A DNA stretch of 64,000 bases from Candidatus Marinacidobacterales bacterium (GCA_965226495.1 OZ245365.1:3328001-3392000); one strand, 5' to 3'. Counted from the first letter of the stretch, positions 9,387 to 19,876 are shown. The notes: generated from the letters alone by a model not told the origin. Made by a program: numbers and translations.

Positions 9387-11009
9387 CTATTTGATGCGCA
9401 GGATCCAAGGCATCAAAAACAGGGCCTCCTCGCTCGCCAAGGGACCCAGCAGATCGAAGAGGGGTGCCAAAGGAGTCCCTGAAAAAGAAACCGAGCCCCA
9501 CGGCAAACCCAAGGAGAGAAGCTCTCTGAGCCGGGGCCGCTTCGCATACGTGACCACGCGAATCTTCTTCTCCGGGGCGACACCTGCCCTATCACGGGCG
9601 AGCTGGATCGCGGTCTCCAAATCCCCGAGCTCATCGATCAACCCTCGCTCCTTCCCTTGCCGACCGGTCCACACTCTTCCGCGCGCTACGTCGTCAACTT
9701 GTTTCAGCTCCAACCGTCGCCCTTCCGCGACGCGAGGCACGAAGAGTTTTTCATAGAAGTAACGAAGTTGTGCACGCTGCTTGTCGCGCTCCTCGACAGT
9801 GAAGGATCGGGTTGGCGAACGGAAACCAGCCCGCTTGGAGAGTGCGATCGTTTCACGCTGTATTCCCAGCTTGTCGAGCAGACGGCGAGCAACCATCTTG
9901 CCTCCGACGATCCCGATCGAACCGGTTAAGGTGGAAGCCTCCGCGACGATCGCGTCCGCCGCGGTGGCGATGTAATAGCCGCCCGACGCTGCCACATCTC
10001 CCATGGAAACAATGACCGGCTTCTTTTTGCGAGTGAGCGCAACCTCGCGCCAAATCAAATCCGAGGCCACGGCCGACCCGCCCGGACTCTCGACTCGAAG
10101 GACCACAGCCTTGACCCGGGGTGATTCACGAACGCGTTTGAGAAGCTCCTGGAAGCTGCGTGAGCCCACCACGCGCGTCGAGGGCCGAGCACGGCGGTGG
10201 TCGCCAGAGGCGATCACCCCGACCGCATACACGACGGCGACTTGCTGCCGACGGAAAGTCAGCAACCGTTTCAGCCATGCGTCGCGAACCCGGTAGCGAC
10301 TATGAGGAACAACCACGACATCAACGTCCAGTTTTTCCCGGAGCAGTGATTCGCAGGCATCCTCTTGATCCACTCGGTCGACGAGCCCCAACCGCAGCGC
10401 TTCTTCCGCGGTGTAGGGGCCGTCGTCAAAAACCTCCCGAACCCGCTCTGTGGCAAGGCCCCGCCCCTTGGCTATCGCGTGCTCCAGTTGATCGGATAGA
10501 TCCACAAGTAGAGACCGAAGCGCTTCGCGGCTCGGAGGGGACATCTCACTTCTCATGAAAGTCTCCCCGGCGCTCTTGTACTCCCCCACGGAATCAAGCT
10601 GCGCCTCGATTCCGATCTGTTCTAGAAGGTCTTTGAAGAAGAACGCCTCCGCTTGGAGCCCGACGAGATCCAAGCTCGCACCCGGATGCATGATCAGCGT
10701 TTCGCACGCGCAAGCGAGCCCGTAGTCGAGATTGCCCGCGCCTTCGAGGAACGCCACAACCGGCTTCCCCGAGGAACGAAACGCTTCAATGGATCGAGCC
10801 AGGCTGGCCGCCTTCGCCCAACCGATGTCTGGATGGGCGAACCTGACCACGAGCGCCCCGATGCGACGGTCGCGGGACGCTTTTCGGATCGCCTGAGTGG
10901 CTCCCTGCAAGTCCACCTTAGGAGAGCGGGCAAGCAAAGCCGTCTCGGCCCGTGTCTCGACGATCTCTTCCTCGAGCCGAACTTGTAGTACTGAGCGCTT
11001 CCGCCTCAT
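9387..11009 (-). CDS. sppA: signal peptide peptidase SppA (protease IV, S49, tandem-domain type)
   Basis: GEYKSAGE (Lys), LRVESPGGS, SMGDVAASGGYY (Ser) and TGSIG. Start placed at ATG 11009 after AAGGGG. Confidence 0.92.
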   Translation of the reverse strand: MRRKRSVLQVRLEEEIVETRAETALLARSPKVDLQGATQAIRKASRDRRIGALVVRFAHPDIGWAKAASLARSIEAFRSSGKPVVAFLEGAGNLDYGLACACETLIMHPGASLDLVGLQAEAFFFKDLLEQIGIEAQLDSVGEYKSAGETFMRSEMSPPSREALRSLLVDLSDQLEHAIAKGRGLATERVREVFDDGPYTAEEALRLGLVDRVDQEDACESLLREKLDVDVVVVPHSRYRVRDAWLKRLLTFRRQQVAVVYAVGVIASGDHRRARPSTRVVGSRSFQELLKRVRESPRVKAVVLRVESPGGSAVASDLIWREVALTRKKKPVIVSMGDVAASGGYYIATAADAIVAEASTLTGSIGIVGGKMVARRLLDKLGIQRETIALSKRAGFRSPTRSFTVEERDKQRAQLRYFYEKLFVPRVAEGRRLELKQVDDVARGRVWTGRQGKERGLIDELGDLETAIQLARDRAGVAPEKKIRVVTYAKRPRLRELLSLGLPWGSVSFSGTPLAPLFDLLGPLASEEALFLMPWILRIK

Positions 11010-11203
11010 ATTCACCCCCTTAAGTGCCCTCTGGCGTCTTGTCTCCCATTTTTTCTTAAGGCCCCCGCCGAGCGAACCCGGGTGTAGGCTTGGCCCCCCA
11101 GGGGTGGGCCTTGCCCGCGACGGTTCTCTATCGTGTATAATAAGAGGCTCAGTCATAAAATGCGCGCCAAAAAGGGCGACTGCTGCCTCTGAAGCTGAGC
11201 AGG

Positions 11204-13360
11204 ATGGCGATCGAAAGCAAAATAGAGCCGGTAAGCACTTCGTTCGAATGGGTAGGCCCCCTCTCCGCGACCCCCCTCGCCGAGGTGATGCGCAAGATTG
11301 CGCTTGAAGAGCGCAGCGGCGACCTCCAGGTCATCTTCGGTCAGACCATCAAGACCATCTATTTCGACCGCGGCTTCGTGGTTTTGGCCGCCAGTAACCT
11401 CAAAAACGACCGGCTCGGGGAAAGCCTCATCGAGCGGGGCCGCATCTCTCGCCACGAATTGGCTCTAGCGACCATGTTGATGAAGACCGGACAGAAGAAG
11501 ATAGGCCAGGCCCTGGTCCAAGCCGGGGTGATGGCCGAAGAAGAGCTCGGTCGGAGCGTAGCACTACAGGTCAACAGGATCGCCTTGTCACTCTTCAAAG
11601 CAACCGACGGGATCTACAGCTTCGATGAACGGCCCACCAACATCCCGATGAAACTCATGGTCAGCCTCTCGATCTATCGGATCCTCCTGGAAGGGATCCG
11701 GAGGATGACCAAGGGAAACCTAATCCTGCAAGGTCTCCCGCCCCTGGACACCCTACTACGGGTTTCGGAACACCCACCGTTTACGATCGATTTCGGTCAG
11801 CTGAAGTCGGTCGAGCAGTCGGTTCTTCGTGCCGCCGGTCGGGGAGCCACGATCCAATCCATCGCCGAGCGATTGGAGCAGGATCGGGGACGAATCCTCA
11901 GAGCCTGCTACGGTCTGATATGCGCCGGACTTCTCGCGGAGGACGACTCGGATCGGACGCCACGGCCTCTCAAGGTACAAGAGGAGACCGGCGTCTTCCT
12001 GCTGTCCGATCTCGAGAAAAAGTTCGCCAAAATCCAAGCGACCAACGCGCGCCAAGAGATCCTCATGGAGTTCGACCATCTCGGTGAGATGGCGGAAGAA
12101 AACCTTCTCAAGGTCGACAAACAGGCCCAGATGGAGGACATCCGACAGGCCTACGAGAGTCGTCGCAAGGAGTGGTCCATCAAGAGGAACCTCGTCGAGC
12201 AAGAACGCTCGCTAGTGGTCAAGGTAGACGAGATCCAAGCCCGGTTGGAACGGGCGTATCAGCAAATGTTGTCGGAGCACACCGCCCCCTCGCCCCCGCT
12301 TTCCAACCTGTCCGCCGCGGAGTGGTCGTCCCCCCACATCGAGTTCGCAGAGAGAGATGTCCTCGATCAAACCGAGGAAGGCGAAACTGTCGAATCTTCG
12401 CCGGCACAACGTGCCCGCGCTCAAGAAGCCATCGAGAAGGTGCAAGAGCGCGAAGACGCGCGGCAGGCGCAACAAATCCAGGAAGCTCAGCGGACGAATG
12501 AGGAAGGCGAGCTGGAGATAGAAATTGAGGTCGAGACCGGCGAGTTCGATACACCCGCCCTGCCGCCGCTCATCGAAGATGAACCGGAAGAAGCTTCTTT
12601 CATCAAAAACGAAGTGGAGCTCAGGCTCGGGCCACAGATGGAGCTCGAGGTCGAGGAAGCCGCCGCGCCCGCCGAAATCGAGATCGACGACGAAGCCTCT
12701 CAAGCGCAGTTCAAGATAGAGGAGGACGCGGCCGGCCCGGAGATCGAAATCGAAATAGAGGAAGAAGTCGCGCCCACCAAGGACGAAGTGAAAGAAGAGG
12801 CCGCGCCGGCTGCCGCCGCCGAGATCGAAATAGTGGTGGATGAAGATGCGACCGAGCCAGCAGACACGAAACCGAACGTCCACGATGCGAGCGTCTCTTC
12901 TCAAGGAGACGAATCGGGATCCCTCAACATCGTACAAAGGGAGCTCTTGCCCGAGCAACGTGACGAAAGAGTGCGTCAACTGTTCCGGGATGTAAAGCTG
13001 CACTTCACGGTCCGAGATTGGGACGGGGCGGTCTCACTTCTCATGGAGCTAGTGGAGCTCGAGCCGAACAACGCACACCACCACGGCATGCTCGCGAAGG
13101 CGGTGTTGCGTCACCCGGTGATGCGCAAGAACGCAGAACGTCACTTCATCGAAGCGCTGCGCCTTGCACCACAAGATGCCGATCTTCATTTTTGGCTCGG
13201 CCTCTACTACAAGACCTTCGGATTGAAATCGCGAGCCGAGACCGAGTTTAGAACTGCGCTACGGATCGATCCCAAGCACGCAGGAGCCCACAAATACCTC
13301 ACCAGTGGTGGCAAGAGAAAGGACCCCCTGAGCAATTTGTTCGGCAAGATCTTCGGGTAG
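11204..13360 (+). CDS. DUF4388 domain + degenerate J-like domain + acidic linker + TPR protein
   Basis: GPLSATPLAEVMRKIALEERSGDL...KTIYFDRG...DRLGESL; E-rich linker; C-terminal TPRs (AERHFIEALRLAP, AETEFRTALRIDP). Confidence 0.75.
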   Translation: MAIESKIEPVSTSFEWVGPLSATPLAEVMRKIALEERSGDLQVIFGQTIKTIYFDRGFVVLAASNLKNDRLGESLIERGRISRHELALATMLMKTGQKKIGQALVQAGVMAEEELGRSVALQVNRIALSLFKATDGIYSFDERPTNIPMKLMVSLSIYRILLEGIRRMTKGNLILQGLPPLDTLLRVSEHPPFTIDFGQLKSVEQSVLRAAGRGATIQSIAERLEQDRGRILRACYGLICAGLLAEDDSDRTPRPLKVQEETGVFLLSDLEKKFAKIQATNARQEILMEFDHLGEMAEENLLKVDKQAQMEDIRQAYESRRKEWSIKRNLVEQERSLVVKVDEIQARLERAYQQMLSEHTAPSPPLSNLSAAEWSSPHIEFAERDVLDQTEEGETVESSPAQRARAQEAIEKVQEREDARQAQQIQEAQRTNEEGELEIEIEVETGEFDTPALPPLIEDEPEEASFIKNEVELRLGPQMELEVEEAAAPAEIEIDDEASQAQFKIEEDAAGPEIEIEIEEEVAPTKDEVKEEAAPAAAAEIEIVVDEDATEPADTKPNVHDASVSSQGDESGSLNIVQRELLPEQRDERVRQLFRDVKLHFTVRDWDGAVSLLMELVELEPNNAHHHGMLAKAVLRHPVMRKNAERHFIEALRLAPQDADLHFWLGLYYKTFGLKSRAETEFRTALRIDPKHAGAHKYLTSGGKRKDPLSNLFGKIFG

Positions 13361-13399
13361 ATATAACTCGAAGCCCATCAGTAGCTTCCCCCGCCAAAA

Positions 13400-13447
13400 A
13401 CCCCACATATAGTAGTACGACTAGCCATCCTACCCAAAATCTGGTAT
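13400..13447. promoter_or_regulatory. tandem NrdR boxes
   Basis: ACCCCACATATAGTAG (13400-13415) and ACCCAAAATCTGGTAT (13432-13447), starts 32 bp apart, fit acaCwAtATaTwGtgt upstream of an RNR gene. Confidence 0.8.
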
Positions 13448-13454
13448 TTTTTTC

Positions 13455-13484
13455 TTGACACCGGGTCTCGGCTAAAAGTATAAA
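13455..13484 (+). promoter_or_regulatory. sigma70 promoter of nrdJ
   Basis: TTGACA (13455-13460), 18 nt, TATAAA (13479-13484). Confidence 0.65.
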
Positions 13485-13677
13485 ATCTTTACCTAAACTA
13501 AGCCAAAGCGATTAACTGGTTTCCCGCTACGGCTTGGATAATAGCGGCAGGAATTTCGTTAAAAGGCAAGGATTTCTAAGTTAGCGAGTTGGCTTCCGTG
13601 CTCGGGTCGTCGCGGTGTCGTTTCGTCTCTCTACGGCGTTGCTAGACTCGATTTGAGGATTTGGAGGGGAAAGTCGC

Positions 13678-16509
13678 ATGGGGACGTCCAAAAACGACAT
13701 TTCGTTGGTAGTTGAATCGAGCAAGACCGCCAAGACTTCCGGCGGATCCGGGGGAAAACGTCCCGCATTGACGTTTCAGCGCTACTTCACGCAGGCGGAG
13801 ATCTCTCCCTTTGATGCCATTGAATGGGAGACCCGAGATGCGATTATTTCCAACGAGAAGGGAGACATCATTTTCGAGCAGAGGGGCGTCGAGGTCCCCG
13901 CTAGTTGGTCGCAAATGGCGACCAACATCGTCGTATCGAAGTACTTCCATGGAACTCTAGAGACCGGAGAACGAGAGCACAGCGCCCGGCAGTTGGTCGG
14001 CCGCGTTGTGAAGACCCTCACTCAATGGGGTCTCAAGGATGGGTACTTCGCTAGCGAGGAAGATGCGAATGCCTTCCATGACGATCTCGCCTTCTTGCTG
14101 CTGAACCAGTTTGCTTCGTTCAACTCGCCGGTGTGGTTCAATTGCGGCATCGAAGCCAGACCTCAATGCTCGGCATGTTTCATCAATTCCGTTGAAGACA
14201 CCATGGATTCGATTCTGACCCTCGCCAAAACGGAGGGGATGCTCTTCAAGTGGGGTTCCGGCACCGGCAGCAACCTGTCCCCGCTCCGCAGTTCGCGAGA
14301 GAGACTCTCCGGCGGCGGCATCGCTAGCGGCCCCGTTTCTTTCATGAAGGGCTATGACGCCTTCGCCGGTGTCATCCGTAGCGGTGGAAAGACGCGGCGC
14401 GCCGCGAAGATGGTCATCTTGGACATCGACCATCCCGATATCATGGAGTTCATCGAGTGCAAGACGCGCGAAGAGAAAAAGGCGTGGGCTCTTATCGATG
14501 CCGGCTACGATCCATCGTTCAACGGCGAAGCCTATGCCTCGATCTTCTACCAGAACGCGAACCACAGCGTGCGCGTCACCGACGACTTTATGCAGGCGGT
14601 CCTAGAAGATCGCGACTGGGAGACGCGCGGCCGAACGAGCGGCGAGCCGATGGATCGACACCCCGCCCGGGAGTACCTCCGCAAAATTTCCGAGTCTACC
14701 CACGTCTGTGGCGATCCGGGCATGCAGTTCGACACCACTATCAACCGCTGGCACACTTCCAAGAACACCGCGCGGATCAACGCCTCCAACCCATGCTCCG
14801 AGTACATGTACTTGGATGATAGCGCTTGCAACCTGGCCTCGTTGAACCTGATGAAGTTCTTGAAGCCGGATGCGACTTTCAACGTGGAATCCTTCCGCAA
14901 GGCGATCGACACGGTGATCACTAGTATGGAAATCATCGTTGGCAACGCCAGTTATCCGACCGAGAGGATCGAGAAGAACTCTCACGCTTATCGCCCACTC
15001 GGTCTGGGTTACGCCAACTTGGGCGCCATGCTGATGTATCAGGGGATTCCCTATGAGAGCGAGATCGGACAAGACACCGCAGGTGCGATCACCGCGGTGA
15101 TGACGGGCGAGGCCTACCTCCAGTCGGCTCGCATTGCCGCTTGCCTTGAGCCGTTCGAAGGCTATGAGAAAAATAAGGAGCCGATGCTAGAAGTCATGGA
15201 AATGCATCGGTCCTCAGTGGACCGCATCGATCCGGCGAGAGTGGAACCCGATCTCTACCGCGCCGCCCACGACGTTTGGGACGAGACGGTGGAGGCCGGC
15301 CGTCAATACGGATACCGCAATGGTCAGGCTTCGGTGCTCGCCCCCACCGGCACCATCGGCTTGATGATGGATTGCGACACCACGGGGGTCGAGCCCGATC
15401 TGGCTTTGGTCAAGTACAAGAAGCTAGTAGGCGGCGGGGTGATGAAGATAGTCAACCAAACGGTTCCTTCCGCGCTCGAGCGCCTGGGCTATCAAAAGCA
15501 TGAGGTGAAGGCCATCGTCGACTACGTTCACGAGAACGGCATGATCGAAGGGGCCCCTTCTCTTCGCGAAGAGCACTTGCCAGTATTCGACTGCGCGGTC
15601 GTTCCCGCTGGTGGAAGGCGCTCCATCCCGTACATGGGCCACGTCAAGATGATGGCCGCCGTCCAGCCGTTCCTCTCCGGTGCTATCTCCAAGACGGTCA
15701 ACATGCCTCAAGAGAGCACCGCCAAAGAGATCATGCAGACGTACATCGAGGCTTGGAAGCTCGGCCTCAAGGCCATTGCCATCTATCGTGACGGAAGCAA
15801 GCGCACGCAGCCTCTCAATACCGTAGAGGGGACCAAGCCTGGTGCCAATGCCCTAACGGAAGACTTGACGCGTCCGGTGCAGAGGAAGATGGCGGTGGAG
15901 AGAAACGCCCTGACTCACAAGTTCAACATCGCCGGCCACGAAGGCTATATCACCGTGGGTCTTTACAGCGATGGGAGCCCTGGCGAGATCTTCATCAACA
16001 TGTCCAAAGAGGGATCGACCGTCTCGGGTCTGATGGACGCGTTCGCACGGGCGATATCCTACGCCCTCCAATACGGAGTGCCCTTGGAAGTCCTGGTGGA
16101 CAAATTCACCCACACCCGTTTCGAACCGTCCGGCTTCACGGGTAATGCCGAGATCCCCTACGCGAAGTCCATCACCGACTACATCTTTCGTTGGCTTGCG
16201 GTGAAGTTCCTCACGCCGGACCAACGGGTGGCGGCAGGGGTCGTCGCCGAGTCCACTAACTCGGAAACGACGGCGGAAACACCTCAGCCGGCACAAAATG
16301 ACGACGCCGGGGCCCAGAAAGTAACGTCTCCCACTCCAACTCGGCAACGGGAGGACAGCACGGGCCCTGCCACGAATGGCAAGCCGCCAATGAAGCTACC
16401 GCGGTTGTACGAGGATGCGCCACCTTGCTCGGTTTGTGGCTCGATCATGGTGAGGAACGGTAGCTGTTACAAGTGCCTCAACTGCGGAAGCACCAGCGGC
16501 TGTTCATAG
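13678..16509 (+). CDS. nrdJ: vitamin B12-dependent ribonucleotide reductase (class II) with TSCPD domain
   Basis: FNSPVWFN, PQCSACFI, ASNPCSEY, APTGTIG and GAISKTVN; C-terminal CSVCG...CLNCGSTSGCS. Confidence 0.97.
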   Translation: MGTSKNDISLVVESSKTAKTSGGSGGKRPALTFQRYFTQAEISPFDAIEWETRDAIISNEKGDIIFEQRGVEVPASWSQMATNIVVSKYFHGTLETGEREHSARQLVGRVVKTLTQWGLKDGYFASEEDANAFHDDLAFLLLNQFASFNSPVWFNCGIEARPQCSACFINSVEDTMDSILTLAKTEGMLFKWGSGTGSNLSPLRSSRERLSGGGIASGPVSFMKGYDAFAGVIRSGGKTRRAAKMVILDIDHPDIMEFIECKTREEKKAWALIDAGYDPSFNGEAYASIFYQNANHSVRVTDDFMQAVLEDRDWETRGRTSGEPMDRHPAREYLRKISESTHVCGDPGMQFDTTINRWHTSKNTARINASNPCSEYMYLDDSACNLASLNLMKFLKPDATFNVESFRKAIDTVITSMEIIVGNASYPTERIEKNSHAYRPLGLGYANLGAMLMYQGIPYESEIGQDTAGAITAVMTGEAYLQSARIAACLEPFEGYEKNKEPMLEVMEMHRSSVDRIDPARVEPDLYRAAHDVWDETVEAGRQYGYRNGQASVLAPTGTIGLMMDCDTTGVEPDLALVKYKKLVGGGVMKIVNQTVPSALERLGYQKHEVKAIVDYVHENGMIEGAPSLREEHLPVFDCAVVPAGGRRSIPYMGHVKMMAAVQPFLSGAISKTVNMPQESTAKEIMQTYIEAWKLGLKAIAIYRDGSKRTQPLNTVEGTKPGANALTEDLTRPVQRKMAVERNALTHKFNIAGHEGYITVGLYSDGSPGEIFINMSKEGSTVSGLMDAFARAISYALQYGVPLEVLVDKFTHTRFEPSGFTGNAEIPYAKSITDYIFRWLAVKFLTPDQRVAAGVVAESTNSETTAETPQPAQNDDAGAQKVTSPTPTRQREDSTGPATNGKPPMKLPRLYEDAPPCSVCGSIMVRNGSCYKCLNCGSTSGCS

Positions 16510-16560
16510 GCATTAGCAGGCACTAGCGCCAACGCGACTCGCCGCACCGGCGGCGGGCGC

Positions 16561-16589
16561 TTGCGCAGAAGTGATACTTCTCACATAAT
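16561..16589 (+). promoter_or_regulatory. putative sigma70 promoter with a palindromic operator in its spacer
   Basis: TTGCGC-N17-CATAAT; the spacer contains AGAAGT-GAT-ACTTCT. Confidence 0.5.
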
Positions 16590-16771
16590 TCACCCGGAAA
16601 AAATAGTAATGATCCCGCTGTGGGATGACGGGTGCGGCGCCCATCTCCGTATCTTCCCGTCATTCAGAGGGTTATCTTAATCACCGGCTTTAGGCTTTAA
16701 AACGACGAACTCAACGCCCCCCCTGGGGGAGGAGCGGCGGCGACGGCCGCTTCTTCGAGGAGTCACTTACC

Positions 16772-18556
16772 ATGCCCCGATTCATCGCTAGCCGGCTCGC
16801 CATCATCACATTTCTTTTTTCTCACTTCGTGCCTTCGCATGGCTCGGCAGCGGCGACGCAAAATCAGCCCGCCCCCGCCCATGAAGTACCGGGAATGCCG
16901 GTCATCGATCACGACCCCGTGGACTGCGTGATCGAGAACGTGCACCCGCTTTTCCAGGCTTCCGTTCAGGCGCAGGGCGGTCTTCACACCGTCAAGATTT
17001 ACTTTCACGCCAAGGACTACAACGATTTCTATTACGTGGAGATGGCCGAGACGGGCAACGTTTGGCAGGCGTCGCTTCCGATAGCAGCGCCGGAAACGAA
17101 CGGCTTCGTCTACTACATCGAGGCGGTGGACCTTTCCTTCAACATGTCTCGCACCGCGGAACATACGACCAACGTCACCGGCGAGAACGAGTGTGAACGA
17201 CGGGATGAGGGTGCACCTCCGATCGCAGTAGGCAGCACCGTTCCTGGCGCGCCCGCCGTACCGGAAGGCTTCCTCGCGACCGGGATCGCGAGGCTCATCA
17301 CATCCACCGGCGCTACTCAGGCGGTGGGCGGAGGAATCGGTGTCACCACCGGCGTCATCATCGCGGGGGGCGCGGCGGCAGCGGGCATCGGTATTCTCGC
17401 TGGCGGCGGCAGCGACCCAGAGCCCGAGCCGGAACCCCCGCCAACCGTGGCCCCACCTCCCGGAGGGAGTGGCGGTGGTGGCGGCGGTCCCACCGATCCG
17501 ACACCGGGACCCGAGCCCGAGGGCACGGATCCGGTGGCGTGCTTCGACACCGATCCCAATCCACCGGTTGTCGACATCAACGACGCCGTGAGGTTCAACG
17601 CGTCTTGTTCGTCCGCCGACAAACCTCTTCGCGCGCAAATGGATGACAAGATCGAAACCTACCACTGGCGCTTCAACGATGGGAAGGCGGACAAGGAAGG
17701 ACGGGTCGTCAATCACCTCTACGTGAGAGCGGGCACGCATCCCGCCGAGCTCACCGTCACCGACAGTGCAGGAAACAAGGACACGACATCGATCGATGTC
17801 ATCGTGCGCGGCGGTGCAACCGGCGGCGGTGGCGGCGGCGGACCCGGCGGCCCGGGTCCGCCAACGGGCGCCGACCTGTCGCTTTCCGGGCGTGTAGCCG
17901 TGGGCGGCTTTACAGTGACCGTCTCGAACGCCGGCCCCTTGCCCGCCCAAAACGTAGTACTGACCGTTAGCTGCGATCAGCAAATGACTACGGGAGGTTT
18001 CTTGAACTGCACGCCCCCTGGCGCCAGCACTTCGAAAACCTGCGCGGCTTCCTCCCCCATCGGGGTCGGTGGCAGTGGTTCTGTCACTGCCACGGTCGCC
18101 AGTGGGTCGACCTGCCAAGCGGGCGTTACGTCGGCCACCTCCGACCCCAATACAGCTAACAACACCGCCATGGGTACCGTGCCACAACGCTCGCCGGACA
18201 CAATCCCCGTCGCGCTCGACACCGAGTTTACCAGTCGGCTGGATATTCCGCCTCCCAACGGAAGTGTTCGCGGCCAGGTGCTATTGAACGGAACCCAGCT
18301 CGACCAGACGGATAACAGCGCACCCTTCCGCCACCATCTGAAAGGACAAGGCGGCAAGAACACAGTGCAGGCTCGAGTGGTCTCGGGTACCGGCGAAGGC
18401 CGTTGGGTTTTCAACTTCTCGGGGGCTCCCAACTTCGTTTCCGGGAGCCTAGCGGTCCAGTCCGGGCAAGTGATATCGCGGGGTTCGGATCGGGTCGTTT
18501 TTCGAGTAGGCCCGTCGGGCGCGCCGATTCGGTTCCGCTATCGACTGTCGCCGTAG
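16772..18556 (+). CDS. secreted/surface protein with PKD and DUF11-like Ig domains
   Basis: Signal peptide; PKD-like VRFNASCS...YHWRFNDG...ELTVTDSAG; DUF11-like TVTVSNAGPLPAQNV...SDPNTANN; GAGGAG RBS. Confidence 0.75.
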   Translation: MPRFIASRLAIITFLFSHFVPSHGSAAATQNQPAPAHEVPGMPVIDHDPVDCVIENVHPLFQASVQAQGGLHTVKIYFHAKDYNDFYYVEMAETGNVWQASLPIAAPETNGFVYYIEAVDLSFNMSRTAEHTTNVTGENECERRDEGAPPIAVGSTVPGAPAVPEGFLATGIARLITSTGATQAVGGGIGVTTGVIIAGGAAAAGIGILAGGGSDPEPEPEPPPTVAPPPGGSGGGGGGPTDPTPGPEPEGTDPVACFDTDPNPPVVDINDAVRFNASCSSADKPLRAQMDDKIETYHWRFNDGKADKEGRVVNHLYVRAGTHPAELTVTDSAGNKDTTSIDVIVRGGATGGGGGGGPGGPGPPTGADLSLSGRVAVGGFTVTVSNAGPLPAQNVVLTVSCDQQMTTGGFLNCTPPGASTSKTCAASSPIGVGGSGSVTATVASGSTCQAGVTSATSDPNTANNTAMGTVPQRSPDTIPVALDTEFTSRLDIPPPNGSVRGQVLLNGTQLDQTDNSAPFRHHLKGQGGKNTVQARVVSGTGEGRWVFNFSGAPNFVSGSLAVQSGQVISRGSDRVVFRVGPSGAPIRFRYRLSP

Positions 18557-18580
18557 GTCGTGTGCTACGCGGCGGCCTGG

Positions 18581-19876
18581 TCAATGAAGACCGGGGAGAA
18601 CGCCGAGAGCCATCTCGTCTGAGACTTCGTTGACGAGAACGCGGGCGAAAACGTTGCGGAGGGGTCGGGAAGATAGGACTCCGACGCGCATGTAGTTGTC
18701 GGTAAGGCCGGTCCAAAGTCCGCTTTCGTCCTGTTGCTCGAAGAGAACTTCCACTTCTTGCCCGAGGTAACGGGAGCCGAACTCACGCCGCTTGCGGCGC
18801 GAAAGCGCCCGCAGTCTCTGGCTTCTCTCCTTGATGATCTGGGGAGACACATGTCCATCCCGACGTACCGCACGAGTACCGTAGCGCTTCGAGTAGCTGA
18901 AAACGTGAAAGTACGAAAGAGGAAGCTCGGTGAGAAGCTGTTCTGTCCGCTCGAACGACGCGTCACTCTCGCCGGGAAAACCGACGATGAGATCGGTTCC
19001 TAGTCCCGCGTCGGGGACCGTCCGTACCACCCCACCCAGGAAGCTCCGGTAATCATCGGCGCGGTAGCGACGATTCATCCCCTCCAGGACGGAGTCGTCC
19101 CCGCTCTGGATCGGCACATGAAAGTAACGGCACAATTTTAGAGATTCTGCCATGTAGTCGACCAGTCGGGGCTCGATCGTCGTCGGCTCGATGGACGTAA
19201 TACGGATCCGCCGGAGACCCTCTACATCCTCCAGCCTTTGAATCAGCTCGAGAAACGACCGACCCTCGGAGCGGTAGCGACCGATGTTCACACCGGTCAG
19301 GACGATCTCTTGATGACCGCGTACCACGAGCTCTCGTGCCTCGCGAAGGACGTCCTCGAGCTGTCGGCTTCTTTCCCTTCCCCGCGTGAAAGGGATGATA
19401 CAGAAGGAGCAGAAGAAATCGCACCCGTCTTGAACCTTCAGGTTGGCCCGCGTCGTCGTGTACTCTCCGGTACCATCCACTTCAAAATCCGAATCATCGA
19501 TGAGATGCGAGTGCAGCACGACGGGGTCCGGGAGTTTGCGTGGGCGATCGATGAAAGCCGGGAACTTCATCTTGTATTCGGTGCCTACGATCATGTCGAT
19601 GCCCGGGATCTGTCTCAAAGCCTCGAGCCCTACCTGCGCATAACAGCCGGTGACCACGACGAACGCGTTGGGGGAGCGGCGAAGGACCTGTCGAATCACG
19701 TTACGGCATCGGGCCTCACCGTGGTCGGTGACCGAGCACGTGTTGATAACGGCGAGATCGCATGGCTCCCCCCACTCCACCATGGAGTACCCCTTACCCT
19801 TGAAGGTACCCGCCAGTACGGCGGTCTCCGTCTGGTTGAGTCGGCAGCCTAGCGTATAGAAAGAAGCTCGGTACAA
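18581..19876 (-). CDS. mtaB: t6A37 tRNA methylthiotransferase (radical SAM)
   Basis: TLGCRLNQTE, INTCSVT, KVQDGCDFFCSFCIIP and SIEP; C-terminal GLTDNY. Confidence 0.93.
   Translation of the reverse strand: MYRASFYTLGCRLNQTETAVLAGTFKGKGYSMVEWGEPCDLAVINTCSVTDHGEARCRNVIRQVLRRSPNAFVVVTGCYAQVGLEALRQIPGIDMIVGTEYKMKFPAFIDRPRKLPDPVVLHSHLIDDSDFEVDGTGEYTTTRANLKVQDGCDFFCSFCIIPFTRGRERSRQLEDVLREARELVVRGHQEIVLTGVNIGRYRSEGRSFLELIQRLEDVEGLRRIRITSIEPTTIEPRLVDYMAESLKLCRYFHVPIQSGDDSVLEGMNRRYRADDYRSFLGGVVRTVPDAGLGTDLIVGFPGESDASFERTEQLLTELPLSYFHVFSYSKRYGTRAVRRDGHVSPQIIKERSQRLRALSRRKRREFGSRYLGQEVEVLFEQQDESGLWTGLTDNYMRVGVLSSRPLRNVFARVLVNEVSDEMALGVLPGLH

Noticed and set aside
13490-13677. Cobalamin riboswitch in the nrdJ leader
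   Set aside because: No B12-box or GGGAA/GCCACTG core seen; the NrdR boxes already explain regulation
16763-18187. 474-aa minus-strand ORF, and other long antisense ORFs such as 9346-9756 and 27567-28331
   Set aside because: Shadows of real genes caused by high GC and codon bias
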